Below are positions 29,516 to 40,510 of a DNA stretch of 64,000 bases, piece after piece. Position 1 is the first letter of the stretch. Each line of letters starts with the position of its first letter. The translations under genes were made by a program, and so were the position numbers. Under the pieces are notes generated by a model. The model was not told the origin of the DNA. It did not search any database and saw nothing but the letters and a program-made list of their open reading frames with translations. Location: contig CAVPLM010000005.1 of NCBI GenBank assembly GCA_963706025.1, positions 160,001-224,000 on the forward strand, read 5' to 3'. Source of the DNA: an uncultured Actinomycetes bacterium (GTDB lineage Bacteria; Actinomycetota; Thermoleophilia; RBG-16-64-13).

Positions 29516-31333
29516 ATGGCGGCCGCGATCGACGCCCTCACCAAGAACGGGGAGCTGCTGGCTTTTCTACGCGACGTGGTCGAGCTCTGCAGGCCGGACA
29601 ACGTCTACACGTGCGACGGCTCGCAGGAAGACTACGAGCACATGTGCGACCTGCTCGTCAAGCAGGGAACGTTCACCCGGCTGAACGACTCCCTGCGGCC
29701 GAACTGCTACCTGGCCCGTTCTCATCCCAGCGACGTGGCTCGGGTCGAAGACCGCACCTACATCTGTACCACCGACCAGGCGGATGCCGGTCCCACCAAC
29801 AACTGGGCCCCCGCCGGGCAGATGAAGCGCAAGATGGCCCGCCTGTTCAAGCGCACCATGGAGGGGCGGACGATGTACATCATCCCGTTCTCCATGGGAC
29901 CGATCGGCTCGCCCTTCTCAAAGATCGGCATCGAGGTGACCGACTCCCCCTATGTGGTCGCCAACATGATGATCATGACCCGCACCGGCATCGAGGTCCT
30001 CGAGGCGCTGGGCGAGAACGGCAAGTTCATTCCCTGCCTGCACTCGGTAGGAGCGCCGCTCGCCCCGTTCCAGGGCGACGTGCCCTGGCCCTGCGAGCGC
30101 GATCCCAAGCACAAGTTCATCGTGCATTTCCCCGAGGATCCGTCCATCTGGTCCTATGGGTCGGGATACGGCGGCAACGCCCTCTTGGGCAAGAAGTGTC
30201 TGGCTCTGCGCATCGCCTCGACCGAGGCCCACAAGGAGGGCTGGCTGGCGGAACACATGCTGATCCTGGGCCTCACCTCACCCGAGGGCAAGACGCACTA
30301 CATCGCCGGCGCCTTCCCCAGCGCCTGCGGCAAGACCAATCTCGCGATGATGCGGCCCACCTTGCCCGGCTGGAAGGTGACCACCGTAGGAGACGACATC
30401 GCCTGGATGCGCATCGGCGCGGACGGCCGTCTCTATGCGGTGAACCCCGAGATCGGTTTCTTCGGCGTGGCGCCGGGGACGTCGTACGACTCCAATCCCA
30501 ATGCGATGGACACGTTCACCCGGAACACCATCTTCACCAACGCCGGTCTCACCGATGAGGGTGACGTGTGGTGGGAAGACATGGGGGTCGAGGCTCCGGC
30601 CCATCTCATCGACTGGGAGGGCAACGACTGGGCCCCCGACTCGGGGCGGAAGGCGGCTCACGCCAACTCGCGCTTCACGGCTCCGGCCGCTCAATGCCCG
30701 GTCATCGATCCCAAATGGCAGGACCCGGCGGGGGTCCCCATCTCGGCCGTACTGTTCGGCGGGCGGCGGACGAGCACCATCCCCCTGGTGAACGAGGCGT
30801 TCGACTGGGAGCACGGCGTCTTCATGGGCTCGGCTGCCGGCTCCGAGACCACCGCGGCCAACCTGAGCAAGACCGGGGTGCTGCGGCACGACCCCTTCGC
30901 CATGCTGCCGTTCTGCGGCTACAACATGGGTGACTACTTCGCCCATTGGCTGTCGATGGCCGACCGCACGGACGCCGGCAAGCTGCCGCGGATCTTCTTC
31001 GTCAACTGGTTCCGCAAGGCCGAGGATGGACACTGGCTTTGGCCGGGATACGGCGAGAACAGCCGGGTGCTCAAGTGGATCTTCGAGCGTGTAGAGGGCG
31101 GTGGAGAAGCGGTCAAGACCCCGATCGGCAATCTGCCGACGGCCGAGGCGCTGGATCTCTCCGGCCTCGATCTGCCCGCCGACGACCTGCGCACACTCCT
31201 GAAGGTCGACATCGAAGGCTGGAAGCAGGAAGCCGCCGGCCTGTCTGAGTACTACGACGAATTCGGGGATCGCCTGCCGGAGACCCTGCGCAGTCAGCTC
31301 GCGGCCCTGCAGGACCGTCTGGGCGCGAGGTGA
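29516..31333 (+). CDS. pckG: Phosphoenolpyruvate carboxykinase (GTP)
   Basis: [53 protein letters not shown]. Confidence 0.97.
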   Translation: MAAAIDALTKNGELLAFLRDVVELCRPDNVYTCDGSQEDYEHMCDLLVKQGTFTRLNDSLRPNCYLARSHPSDVARVEDRTYICTTDQADAGPTNNWAPAGQMKRKMARLFKRTMEGRTMYIIPFSMGPIGSPFSKIGIEVTDSPYVVANMMIMTRTGIEVLEALGENGKFIPCLHSVGAPLAPFQGDVPWPCERDPKHKFIVHFPEDPSIWSYGSGYGGNALLGKKCLALRIASTEAHKEGWLAEHMLILGLTSPEGKTHYIAGAFPSACGKTNLAMMRPTLPGWKVTTVGDDIAWMRIGADGRLYAVNPEIGFFGVAPGTSYDSNPNAMDTFTRNTIFTNAGLTDEGDVWWEDMGVEAPAHLIDWEGNDWAPDSGRKAAHANSRFTAPAAQCPVIDPKWQDPAGVPISAVLFGGRRTSTIPLVNEAFDWEHGVFMGSAAGSETTAANLSKTGVLRHDPFAMLPFCGYNMGDYFAHWLSMADRTDAGKLPRIFFVNWFRKAEDGHWLWPGYGENSRVLKWIFERVEGGGEAVKTPIGNLPTAEALDLSGLDLPADDLRTLLKVDIEGWKQEAAGLSEYYDEFGDRLPETLRSQLAALQDRLGAR

Positions 31334-31336
31334 TCC

Positions 31337-32638
31337 ATGAACCCCCTGGCCGCTGAGCTCAACCAGACCATCGAGCAGCACGCTCCCGCGGTCATGCGGA
31401 TGCTCTCCGATCTGGGCAGAGAACTGTACTTTCCCAAAGGGATCCTCACTCAGACGGCTGAGGCCAATCAGAAGGCCACCCGCTACAACGCCACCATCGG
31501 CGAAGCCCGGGAACTGCAGCATTCCATGGGACTCCCGGCGATCATGCGCCACTTCACCGACCTTGGACCGGACGCCGTGCTGCCCTACGCTCCTTCGGCC
31601 GGCCGGGCCGATCTGCGGGCCGCCTGGCGAGAGGAGATCAAGGAGAAGAACCCGTCGCTGGGCGACACTCCTCTCAGCCTGCCGGTGGTCACGAGCGGGA
31701 TCACCCATGGCCTGAGCACGGTGGCGGACATGTTCGTCGACCCGGGCGATCTCCTGCTGCTTCCCGATCAGTTGTGGGGCAACTACCTGATGATCTTCTC
31801 CGTGAAACGGGGCGCGCAGGTGACGCGTTACCCGCTGCTGTCCTTTGACCAGGGTTTCGATGTGGCCGGGTTCCGCCGGGTGCTCGGCGAGAACGTCGAT
31901 CGAGGCAAGCTGCTCGTGCTCTTCAACTTCCCGAACAACCCCACCGGGTATTCCATCACTCCGGCGGAAGCCGACGCCATCCGGGATGCGCTGGTGGAGG
32001 TCGCCGAAGCTGGTTGCGACGTGGTGGCCGTGTGTGACGACGCCTACTTCGGTCTCTTCTACGACGAAGAGAGTATGAAGGAGTCGCTGTTCACCCGGCT
32101 GGCGGCGGCTCATTCCCGCATTCTGGCCATCAAGCTTGATGGCGCCTCCAAAGAGGATTTCGCCTGGGGGCTGAGGGTGGCCTTCATCACCTATGGAATA
32201 GCCGAGGGAGCCGGTGCCTATGAAGCCTTGGAGAAGAAGACCGGCGGCTGCATCAGAGGGACCATCTCCAATACCCCCAACGTCTCGCAGCAATTAGTGC
32301 TGAAGGCCAAGGCCGATCCCGGCTACCGGGCCCAGAAGGAGGAGAAGTTCGCCATTCTCCAGCGCCGGGCGGCCAAGGTGAGAGAGGTGCTGGCCGAGCC
32401 CCGGTTCGCCGCCGCCTGGAAGCCCTATCCCTTCAACTCCGGATACTTCATGTGCCTGCGTCTGAACGATCTGAACGCCGAAGCATACCGGGTGCATCTC
32501 CTCAACGAGTATGGGGTGGGGGTCATCTCCACCAGCGACACCGACATCCGGATCGCGTTCTCCTGCGTGGACGAAGCCGACATCGCCGACCTCTTCGATG
32601 TTATGCTCACCTGTGCCCTGGAGATGAAGAAGGGATAG
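31337..32638 (+). CDS. Class I/II PLP aminotransferase (aspartate aminotransferase-like)
   Basis: NFPNNPTGY, DDAY, DGASKEDFAWGLRV. Confidence 0.9.
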   Translation: MNPLAAELNQTIEQHAPAVMRMLSDLGRELYFPKGILTQTAEANQKATRYNATIGEARELQHSMGLPAIMRHFTDLGPDAVLPYAPSAGRADLRAAWREEIKEKNPSLGDTPLSLPVVTSGITHGLSTVADMFVDPGDLLLLPDQLWGNYLMIFSVKRGAQVTRYPLLSFDQGFDVAGFRRVLGENVDRGKLLVLFNFPNNPTGYSITPAEADAIRDALVEVAEAGCDVVAVCDDAYFGLFYDEESMKESLFTRLAAAHSRILAIKLDGASKEDFAWGLRVAFITYGIAEGAGAYEALEKKTGGCIRGTISNTPNVSQQLVLKAKADPGYRAQKEEKFAILQRRAAKVREVLAEPRFAAAWKPYPFNSGYFMCLRLNDLNAEAYRVHLLNEYGVGVISTSDTDIRIAFSCVDEADIADLFDVMLTCALEMKKG

Positions 32639-32671
32639 CGGAGCCAGGACGAGTTCTAAGTCCAAGACGGG

Positions 32672-33058
32672 GTGAGCATGTCCAAGACCAAAGGTCAGCT
32701 CGAGGCGGAGATCAGCGACGCCATCGTCAAGTTCGAACTGGACTACATGGGCCGCGGACCGGAAGAGGCCCGGACCTACATCATCGACGACCTGGTCATC
32801 GTGCGCCTGCGCGGGGTGCTGACTCCGGCGGAGCGGCAACTGGCAGGGATAGACGGGACTCCTCAGGGCCGCACGCTCGTCAAGGAGATCCGGCGGGAAC
32901 TGATCGAGAAGGCCAGGCCCCTCCTGGAAGCCATCGTCCGGGACGTGACGGGTCAGGACGTCCGCAGCCTGCACACCGACATCAGCACCCAGATCGGCGA
33001 GCGCATCATAGTGTTCTCACTGACGGGGCCCGTGCGTCTGGCGCCCGGGACCCAGTGA
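32672..33058 (+). CDS. DUF2294 / MpsC-family protein
   Basis: KTKGQLEAEIS, GRGPEE, LTPAE, HTDIST..GERIIVF. Confidence 0.85.
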   Translation: MSMSKTKGQLEAEISDAIVKFELDYMGRGPEEARTYIIDDLVIVRLRGVLTPAERQLAGIDGTPQGRTLVKEIRRELIEKARPLLEAIVRDVTGQDVRSLHTDISTQIGERIIVFSLTGPVRLAPGTQ

Positions 33059-33102
33059 CCGGGACCCAGTGACTGGGACCCAGTGACCGGGACCCAGTGA
33101 CC
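33047..33102 (+). repeat. 4 x 14-bp tandem repeat GGGACCCAGTGACY
   Basis: Units at 33047, 33061, 33075, 33089; the first contains the upstream stop codon. Confidence 0.95.
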
Positions 33103-33135
33103 GGCTCGGTCGGCCTGGCGCCGGTCACGAGGTTG

Positions 33136-33909
33136 ATGGAAATGGGCAGCGTTTTCATCCGTTTCTACGCTGAACTGGGCGATCTTCTGGCGCCAGAGCG
33201 GCGCGGCCGCGAATTCGAGCATCCCTTCGCGTCCGGCGGTGCAGTCAAGGACCTGATCGAGGGCCTGGGGGTGCCGCATACGGAAGTCGACCTGGTGCTC
33301 GTCGATGGACGGTCTGTCGACTTTCGCCACCCCGTGGGGAACGGCGAGCACGTGAGCGTATATCCGGTATTCGAGGCGTTTGATGTCGGGCCCGTGACCC
33401 GCGTCCGCGCGCGACCCTTACGCCAAGTGCGGTTCGCGGCCGACGTGCATCTGGGCAGGCTGGCAGGCTACCTGCGCTTGGCCGGGTTCGATACGTCGTA
33501 CCGGAACGAGTGGTCCGATGAGGATCTCGTGGAGGCCGCCCTGCGCGAGCACCGGATCATCCTGACTCGCGATCGAGGGCTGCTCATGCGGTCGGCGGTG
33601 ACTCATGGCCACCTGGTGCGGCACACCTCTCCCCGGCAGCAACTGTCGGAGGTGCTCGAGCGGTTCGACCTCTGGGGATCCCTCCGACCGTTCACGCGCT
33701 GCTCGCTCTGCAATAGTCCTGTGGAGCCGGTCAAGAAGGCGGAGGTCGTTGCAGGAGCCTTCCGCCGGGCACCGCGCGTCACCACGAGGAGTTCTGGCAG
33801 TTGTACCGGTTGCGGCCAGGTCTACTGGAAAGGCGCACACTACCGATCACTGGAGCGGCTTTTCGCCCTGGGGGAATCTCCTTCTGGGGGCTCTCCTGAC
33901 GAGCAGTAG
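33136..33909 (+). CDS. Ubiquitin-like + Mut7-C RNase (PIN) + Zn-ribbon protein
   Basis: RFYAEL, GVPHTEVD, DVHLGRLAGYLRLAGFD, LTRDRGL, RCSLCN, CTGCGQVYWKGAH. Confidence 0.9.
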   Translation: MEMGSVFIRFYAELGDLLAPERRGREFEHPFASGGAVKDLIEGLGVPHTEVDLVLVDGRSVDFRHPVGNGEHVSVYPVFEAFDVGPVTRVRARPLRQVRFAADVHLGRLAGYLRLAGFDTSYRNEWSDEDLVEAALREHRIILTRDRGLLMRSAVTHGHLVRHTSPRQQLSEVLERFDLWGSLRPFTRCSLCNSPVEPVKKAEVVAGAFRRAPRVTTRSSGSCTGCGQVYWKGAHYRSLERLFALGESPSGGSPDEQ

Positions 33910-33932
33910 CGGCTCCCCCAGAGCGATGAGAC

Positions 33933-35300
33933 TCAGGGCATGTCCTCACGGGCGGCAGCGGTTTCTTGGTCTCCGGCCATTCCGAGCGAGGCCGGTGAGT
34001 CGCCCGGTCGCCAGCGGGCGAAAAGAGGCACCCCGATGAGGGCAATAGCCCCCATGGCCGCAATTCCCGCGGCTGTGGCGTTGGATCCGCTTGCGGCGCT
34101 GCTCGCTATGGGCGAGAGCGCCGCCCCCAGCCCCTGCGACACCCGCTGCACGGCGCCGAAGAGGCCGAAGGCCAGGGCCTGGTAGTCCGACCGAAAGTTC
34201 TCGGCGTAGGCCCCCCGCACCGTGGGGATCAGAGCTCCGGAGAAGAGCCCGTGTAGGCACGAGCAGAGCACCACTAGAGCCAGCGGCGACACCAGGCTGA
34301 AGGCGAAGGCGTTGAGCGCCCACAAGGTGAGCCCCACCATGATGATGCGTTTCACGAGGCGCCGGTCGGGTCTGACCAGGGCGACGGCCCCCGCTCCGGC
34401 GGCCGACGAGAGCACCACCCCCAGAAGCACCGCCCACAGCTGTATCCCCTCGAGATCGGTCAGTGCCTGGATATGCAGGGTCAGATAGAGGCTGAGTCCC
34501 ATAATGGCGGAGTTCATAGCGAAGTAGCCGGCGAGGAACCAGCCTGCGCGGTGCTCGCGGGAAGCCTGGTCCCATAGCTCCTTCATGCGGTGGTTAAGCT
34601 TCCCCCGAGGGATGTCCACCACGTCGGACTTCTTCTGCCACAACCGCTTCGCGAAGATGCTGGGGATGGTACAGGCTAGGAAGACAACCGCTGCCGGGAT
34701 TAGGGCGTAACCCCGTCCGCTGATTCCGGGGACGAGCTGGCCGGAGATGAACAGTTGGATGACGCCGACCCCGACCACCCCACCCAGGAAGCTGAGTCCC
34801 ATCCCCAGCGAGGAGACGCTCACCACGTTGGCACCTCCCGCCGCGCTGAGCATGGAGGCGTTGTATATGAGACTGGATAACTGGAAAAAGTAATTGGCGA
34901 TCATGGCTGCGACGAGCACGCCTGCCACCGCCAGAGTCGTGGAGTGAGGCAGGACATTGAGCGTCCCGAGAAGCACGGCGGCGATCAGGGCCGAGACTAC
35001 GAACCACTGTCTGCGGGTGCGCTTCTCATCTGCGCTCACCCCGATATAGGGACCACTCAAGCCGATGGCCCAGGACGACGCGGCCGATGCCAGGCCAAAG
35101 GCGACGGCCGGTATTCCCAGGTCGTTGACCATCCACGGGGTGAGGTAGTAAGGGATGGCGAACTCGACAGCGGTGTTGCCGAAATCGAACGTGTACCAGG
35201 CCAAGCGCGTACGTCTGCCGGAATCCGCAGAGTCGGGCGTCTGTGTGCTTGACGTCCGCGGGTCGGAGGGCAGTGGCTCTGTCTGGTCGCCGGTGGGCAT
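33933..35300 (-). CDS. MFS transporter (UMF1-like)
   Basis: AWYTFDFGN; about 12 hydrophobic helices. Confidence 0.85.
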   Translation of the reverse strand: MPTGDQTEPLPSDPRTSSTQTPDSADSGRRTRLAWYTFDFGNTAVEFAIPYYLTPWMVNDLGIPAVAFGLASAASSWAIGLSGPYIGVSADEKRTRRQWFVVSALIAAVLLGTLNVLPHSTTLAVAGVLVAAMIANYFFQLSSLIYNASMLSAAGGANVVSVSSLGMGLSFLGGVVGVGVIQLFISGQLVPGISGRGYALIPAAVVFLACTIPSIFAKRLWQKKSDVVDIPRGKLNHRMKELWDQASREHRAGWFLAGYFAMNSAIMGLSLYLTLHIQALTDLEGIQLWAVLLGVVLSSAAGAGAVALVRPDRRLVKRIIMVGLTLWALNAFAFSLVSPLALVVLCSCLHGLFSGALIPTVRGAYAENFRSDYQALAFGLFGAVQRVSQGLGAALSPIASSAASGSNATAAGIAAMGAIALIGVPLFARWRPGDSPASLGMAGDQETAAAREDMP

Positions 35301-35410
35301 GGTCGCACTAGTGTACCTTCGGTTGGCCAAAACCTGGTCGGTGGTCTAACCTTGTGCATCCTGCGCCGGCAGACGCGAGAGATGCGACATCGTGAGGGCG
35401 ATGAGTCCAT

Positions 35411-35950
35411 ATGAGCATCCGGGCTAGAGGAAGCGACTCCTTGGAGAGGGCTACCACCCCTCTCTTCCGTGAAGTACAGAGGTTCCGCCACTGGTTCTTC
35501 TGGATCCCCATCAGCATCGTCACCGTGGTCATCTGGTGGCAGTTCGTGCAGCAGATCGTCATCGGCCGTCCTCCGGGTACCGAGCCGATACCCGATTGGG
35601 CGGCCTGGGCCCTGGCCATCGTGTTCGGCATTGGGTTCCCGGTGTTTGCCGCCATCGCGCGCCTGCTCACCGAGGTGAGGCCGGGGATGCTTTCGGTCAG
35701 GCTGATACCCTTCCGGGGCAGACACATCCCCACACGTGACATACAGTCGGCCGACGCGCGTGAGTACTCGCCCATGCGTGAGTTCGGCGGCTGGGGGATA
35801 CGCACGTCCGGCGACGGGGGGAGAGCCTACAACGCCTACGGCAACATGGGAGTCCAGTTGGTGCTGACCGACGGGAAGCGCGTCCTGGTCGGAACGCAGC
35901 GCGCTGAAGAGCTGCTCGCAGCGCTCCGTCTAGCCGGTGCTGAGGTCTAG
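35411..35950 (+). CDS. DUF6141-like membrane protein
   Basis: LFREVQRF, two TM helices, YSPMREFGGWGIR, AYNAYGNMGVQL, VGTQRAEEL. Confidence 0.7.
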   Translation: MSIRARGSDSLERATTPLFREVQRFRHWFFWIPISIVTVVIWWQFVQQIVIGRPPGTEPIPDWAAWALAIVFGIGFPVFAAIARLLTEVRPGMLSVRLIPFRGRHIPTRDIQSADAREYSPMREFGGWGIRTSGDGGRAYNAYGNMGVQLVLTDGKRVLVGTQRAEELLAALRLAGAEV

Positions 35951-35953
35951 AGC

Positions 35954-36908
35954 ATGAGGATCGTGGTAGCTCTCGGGGGAAACGCTCTCCTCAAGCGCGG
36001 GGAGCCGCTCACGGAGCAGAACCAGCGCGAGAACGTGAAAGTGGCGGCCCGGGCGCTCGGCGCCTCTGGCCCGCGATCACAACCTCACCATCACCCACGG
36101 CAACGGTCCTCAGGTGGGTCTGCTCGCTCTGGAGGCCGCCGCGTACACGGGGGTGGAGCCTTACACTCTGGATGTGCTCAGCGCCGAATCGGAGGGCATG
36201 ATCGGCTACATGATCGAGCAGGAGCTGGGCAACATCCTGCCCGAGGACGTGCCGTTCGCCACCATCCTCACTCAGGTGGAGGTCGATCCCTGCGACCCGG
36301 CTTTTCAGAACCCTACGAAGCCTATCGGCCCCCAGTACACGCAGGAAGAAGCCGAACGGCTGGCCCGAGAGCATGGTTGGACCGTGGGTCCCGACAACAG
36401 CCTGTACCGGAGACTGGTGCCGTCGCCGCGCCCCAAACGGATCTTCGAGATCAGAGTGGTGGAATGGCTGGTGGAGCGGGGAGTGGTGGTGATCTGCACC
36501 GGGGGAGGCGGGATCCCCACGATGCTTACTCCCGACGGAGTGCTGGTGGGCGTGGAGGCCGTAATCGACAAGGACCACGCCGGGGCGCTCTTGGCGACGT
36601 CGCTGGGAGCTGGAGCTTTCCTGATGCTCACGGACGCGGAGGCCGTGTGGGAGAACTGGGGGACGGCGGAAGCGCGGGCCATCAGCCGCGCCGCGCCGGA
36701 GGCGCTGGAGAAGCTGCAGTTCGCCGCCGGCTCGATGGGCCCCAAGGTGGAGGCGGCCTGCGACTATGCCCGGGCCACCGGGGGGCGCGCCGGCATCGGC
36801 GCGCTCGAGGATGCCGTCGCCATCATCGAGGGTCGTGCAGGCACGCTGGTGTCGACCGAGTTCGACGGCATCGAGTACTGGCCGTCGCTCTTTCACCAAG
36901 CGGAGTAG
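35954..36908 (+). CDS. arcC: Carbamate kinase (apparent indel near 36058)
   Basis: [46 protein letters not shown]. Confidence 0.92.
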
Positions 36909-37008
36909 CAACAGGGATGAGCAGCGGCGCCTTCGCCGGCCGCCTACGGCGTGCCCCGTTGATTTGGCCCTGTACCTCTCGTGCCGATCTTTCGTTCTCC
37001 GGCGGCCG

Positions 37009-38161
37009 CTATTGCTGGGCGCCCGGCACGAGCAGGTCGATGATGCTCTCCTCACCCTCCGGGCTCGGACCGGAGTGGGTGGAATCGCTGAGCGTGATGT
37101 AGGTCACCTCGTCCCCGTCGGCCCTGAGGAAATCCGCGAATAGCTGGAAACTGGTCTCCGTATCAAACACAAGAGCCTCGAGCTTCTCCAGGCCCCGACG
37201 GATGTCCCCGGAGAGGTCTCGCACCGCCATCCAGGAATCCTCAGCCCACATGTCAACCAGATCCCGGCTGAGCTCGGGATCGCCCGAGGCGATGATGGTG
37301 ATGGGAAAGTTACCGCTGCCCCAATAGGTGCCACGGTGTCTCGAGTTGCAGCACGCTGGGATCGCGGGCCAAAACCTCGTCCCAGGGCATCCACGTGGAG
37401 CAGATGAGTATGTCGGGGTCGTAGAGCACCAGTGACTCCGGGAGGGTGGAGCCGGCGCCCTTGAGCGCCCCCTCGGAGGCGGCGACATTGCCGAGGGCCT
37501 CCATCGCGGCGCGGTTGGCTCCGGCCGAGTAGCCGTAAAGGGTCAAGTTCGCCGGGTCCCCTCCGTACTGCGCGGCGGTGCCCCGAGCGAAACGGACGGC
37601 GGCCGCCACATCGCTGTTACTGGCGGCGATCCTCGTCCGTAGCTCTTCCGGGGTAAAGCCCATGAAGTCGCTGTTGTTGTCGGGCAACCACACCGGTACG
37701 AACACCACGGCCCCGCGCTGGGCCACTTTCGCGGCCGGTGGGACCACGTACTGACCGGGGATCGTGGGATAGGCGCCCCCGTGCAGCATCACCACCACGG
37801 GCCAGGGACCCCCCTCTTTGGGGGCCCACACGTGGATCACACCGGTAGACCCGTCGGCCCGGTTGACATACGGGATACCAATATCCGTCCGTAGTTCGAT
37901 CGTCCTCTCGGTGGTGGTTGTCGGTGCCTCGACAGTGGTCACGGATTGGGTGGCTGTCACGGGCTCGGTAGTTTTCACCGACGCAGTGGTGGTCACAGCG
38001 CTTGTGGTTGAGGGTGTGCTTGCCGCAGTGCTTGCCGTCTCAGTGTCGCCACAGGCTGCCACCAGAGCACCGAGCCCGACAAGAAGCACGAGGGTAAGGG
38101 CAACAACAACGGCGAGGAGTCGGCTGTCGATCTTGCTGCCCGGTGGAAATGAGGCTTTCAT
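37009..38161 (-). CDS. Lipoprotein alpha/beta hydrolase (esterase-like; apparent indel near 37330)
   Basis: Lipobox VAAC, T-rich linker, [13 protein letters not shown] nucleophile elbow. Confidence 0.78.
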
Positions 38162-38239
38162 TAGGCGCCCCTTCGCTTCTGGTTCTTATTCCCAGTCGGC
38201 TCGGTCACTGTCGATCAAAGCCACATATGGTTGCCGGCG

Positions 38240-40508
38240 CTACTCCTGGTCCGGCACCCACCGGTAGAGGCCGTTGTCCGCAACTGCATAGACTCCACCG
38301 CCGGGAGCAGTGTCGATCACGAAGTCGATGCGTTGCACCACCGAGAGCTCCCCAGTGATGTTCTGCCAGGCTGCCCCTCCGTCGATGGACCGGTAGAGGC
38401 CGTAATCAGGTCCGCCGATGTACAGCGTACCGGCGGAGCGAGGATCGAACAGCGGTAGGTTGCCCCAACGGGACGTGGGTACCTGGACCTCCTCCCAGGT
38501 GGTCCCGCCGTCGAGCGAGCGGACCAGCAGGGGTGAAACGCCGGTGGTCGATAGTGGCGTTAGGTTTCGAAGCACATAGACGGTGGTGGGAGTGCGCGGG
38601 TCCACCGCGATTCCCGCGATCATCGTACGGTCGACCACCCACTCGTCGGGAGAGATGACCGTCCAAGTGGCCCCGTGTCCGTCGATTTGAGAAGGACGTT
38701 GCTGAAATCGGGGTCCTCCGGTGGCTTCAACTGCCTCTCGGCGTACATTACGGAGGGATTCTGCGGGTCGGCCACGACCGACTCGACAAAGTCATGCTCG
38801 CGTTCTTCGGGAGGCGTATCTCCACCAAGGACCAAGCTCCAGGTGTCCCCGCCATCGGTCGACCTGAACAGCCAACGCAGATACTCGTCGACGGCGCTTG
38901 AATTCCCCATCGCGAACACAGTATCGGGATTGTCGGCCGCAACGAGGAACGGATTTGAAACGTGGTACTCAGAGGAGGACGACGCAGCCACGACCTCCCC
39001 GGCGCGCCGGGTCCAACTCTCCCCGCGTCCCCGCTGCGGAACAACCCCTCCGACGTTGAGGCATAGAGCGTGGAGGGGGAGGAGGGGGCGATGAGCGGGG
39101 AGCCTCCGCCGGGCAGGACCAGGTCCCAGGCGTCTCCGCCGTCCGAGCTACGGAACAGCCCCTCCGGCGTGGTCGCGTATAGCCTGGGCGATCCGGAGGG
39201 AGCGATAACCAGGGAGTCTCCGCCGGACAGGATCAGACGCCACGTCTCCCCGCCGTCGTCGGATCTGACGATGCCCTCAGCCACGCCTGCGTAAAGTATG
39301 GAGGCCGAGTCCGGATCGGGCTCCATCCAGGAGACCGCCCACGAGGTCAGGCCGACGCTCGACTTCCTCCACGTCTTGCCGCCGTCGGGGGACTTGTAGA
39401 CGCCTTGGTCGGTCCCAAATAGAAGATGGATGGATCGTTAGGATCCACGCGCAGGGTCCAGGGCGACATGCCGGCTTCGATCGGGAACCCGGTGTCGGAG
39501 TCCGTAACGGTCACATTGCTCCCGGTGGCTTCGAAGGGAGCCCGGAACGCATCCAGAGCTTGCTGGACGGCAGGCGGAGCGACTGCTTGTGAGCGTCGAC
39601 CGCGGTTGTCGGGGCCGCGCCAGCTCCGGGCCAGGTCTCGCCTCGGTCGGTGGAGCGCCAGACCCCTCCAGACTGGGCAGCGGTGTAGATCGTGGAAGGG
39701 CTGGAGGTAGGGTCAATCCAGAGGATGGGGAGGCTGTAGACAAAGGGAGAAGGAGCTGTCGTCAGCTTCTTCCAAGTGGTCCCGCCGTCGTCGGACCTGA
39801 AGAGGGTGGGCTCAGAATAGTCACCCGCATAGGCGTAGATCGTTGAAGGGGAGGCGGGATCGACGCCGATCAACCCACGTCGCCCTCGTCCATAGGCAGG
39901 CGCTTCCAGCTCTCGGCCCCATCCGTGGACTTGAACAGGCCACTCGATGCTACCGCGGCATACAGAACCGACGGGTCGGTCGGGTCCATGACCAGGATAC
40001 GGACGACCCCGCCCTCGGTCGTCAGCGGTAGGCGCTCCCAGCTGCCGCTTTGCGCGGTGGTTTCCACGCTCGCCGCCGTCTGAGTGGTCTGGCCGGTCGA
40101 GCCCGGGGAGATGCCGATCGTGTCGTCGGTTATGACCACGATGGGCTGGTCTTTGCCCAGTTGGGTCACCGCCTCGAAGATGCCGGTACCGAGACCAGCG
40201 AGCAAGACCAGGACCGCGAAGGAGATCGCGGCGTAGGCGAAAGCGCTCCGGCGACGTCCGTCCCGGCTGACAAGATGGCTTTCGGTCGGGTGCGTCTTCG
40301 TCGCTGTAGGCGTCGCTGCGGCTGAGGTTGTATCGGCTTCAGTCCGCATGCCGCGAGCTGCGCCTGGACTCACGGCAAAGGTCCCGCTGGCGGCCCTCTC
40401 CAGAACCTTGGCCCACTCTCCCTCGGGTGACATCGCTGGCACCAGCCGGTCGAGCTCCGCGCGCAGATGCTCGTCTCGCAGATCGTTATCGCGGCTGCGG
40501 CCCCACAT
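38240..40508 (-). CDS. Single-pass membrane protein with extracellular BNR/Asp-box propeller repeats, putative anti-sigma/sensor (multiple apparent indels)
   Basis: Starts 2 nt after the ECF stop; TM helix; many SxDGGxTW and DPxxPxxxY repeats across successive minus-strand frames. Confidence 0.65.
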
Positions 40509-40510
40509 AA

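Noticed and set aside
30278-32293. Long antisense ORFs (also 56910-58784, 51912-53516, 16116-17441, 27358-28662)
   Set aside because: Shadow ORFs opposite well-supported genes, expected at high GC
33047-33102. Repeat array as CRISPR
   Set aside because: No spacers, 14-bp unit, no cas genes
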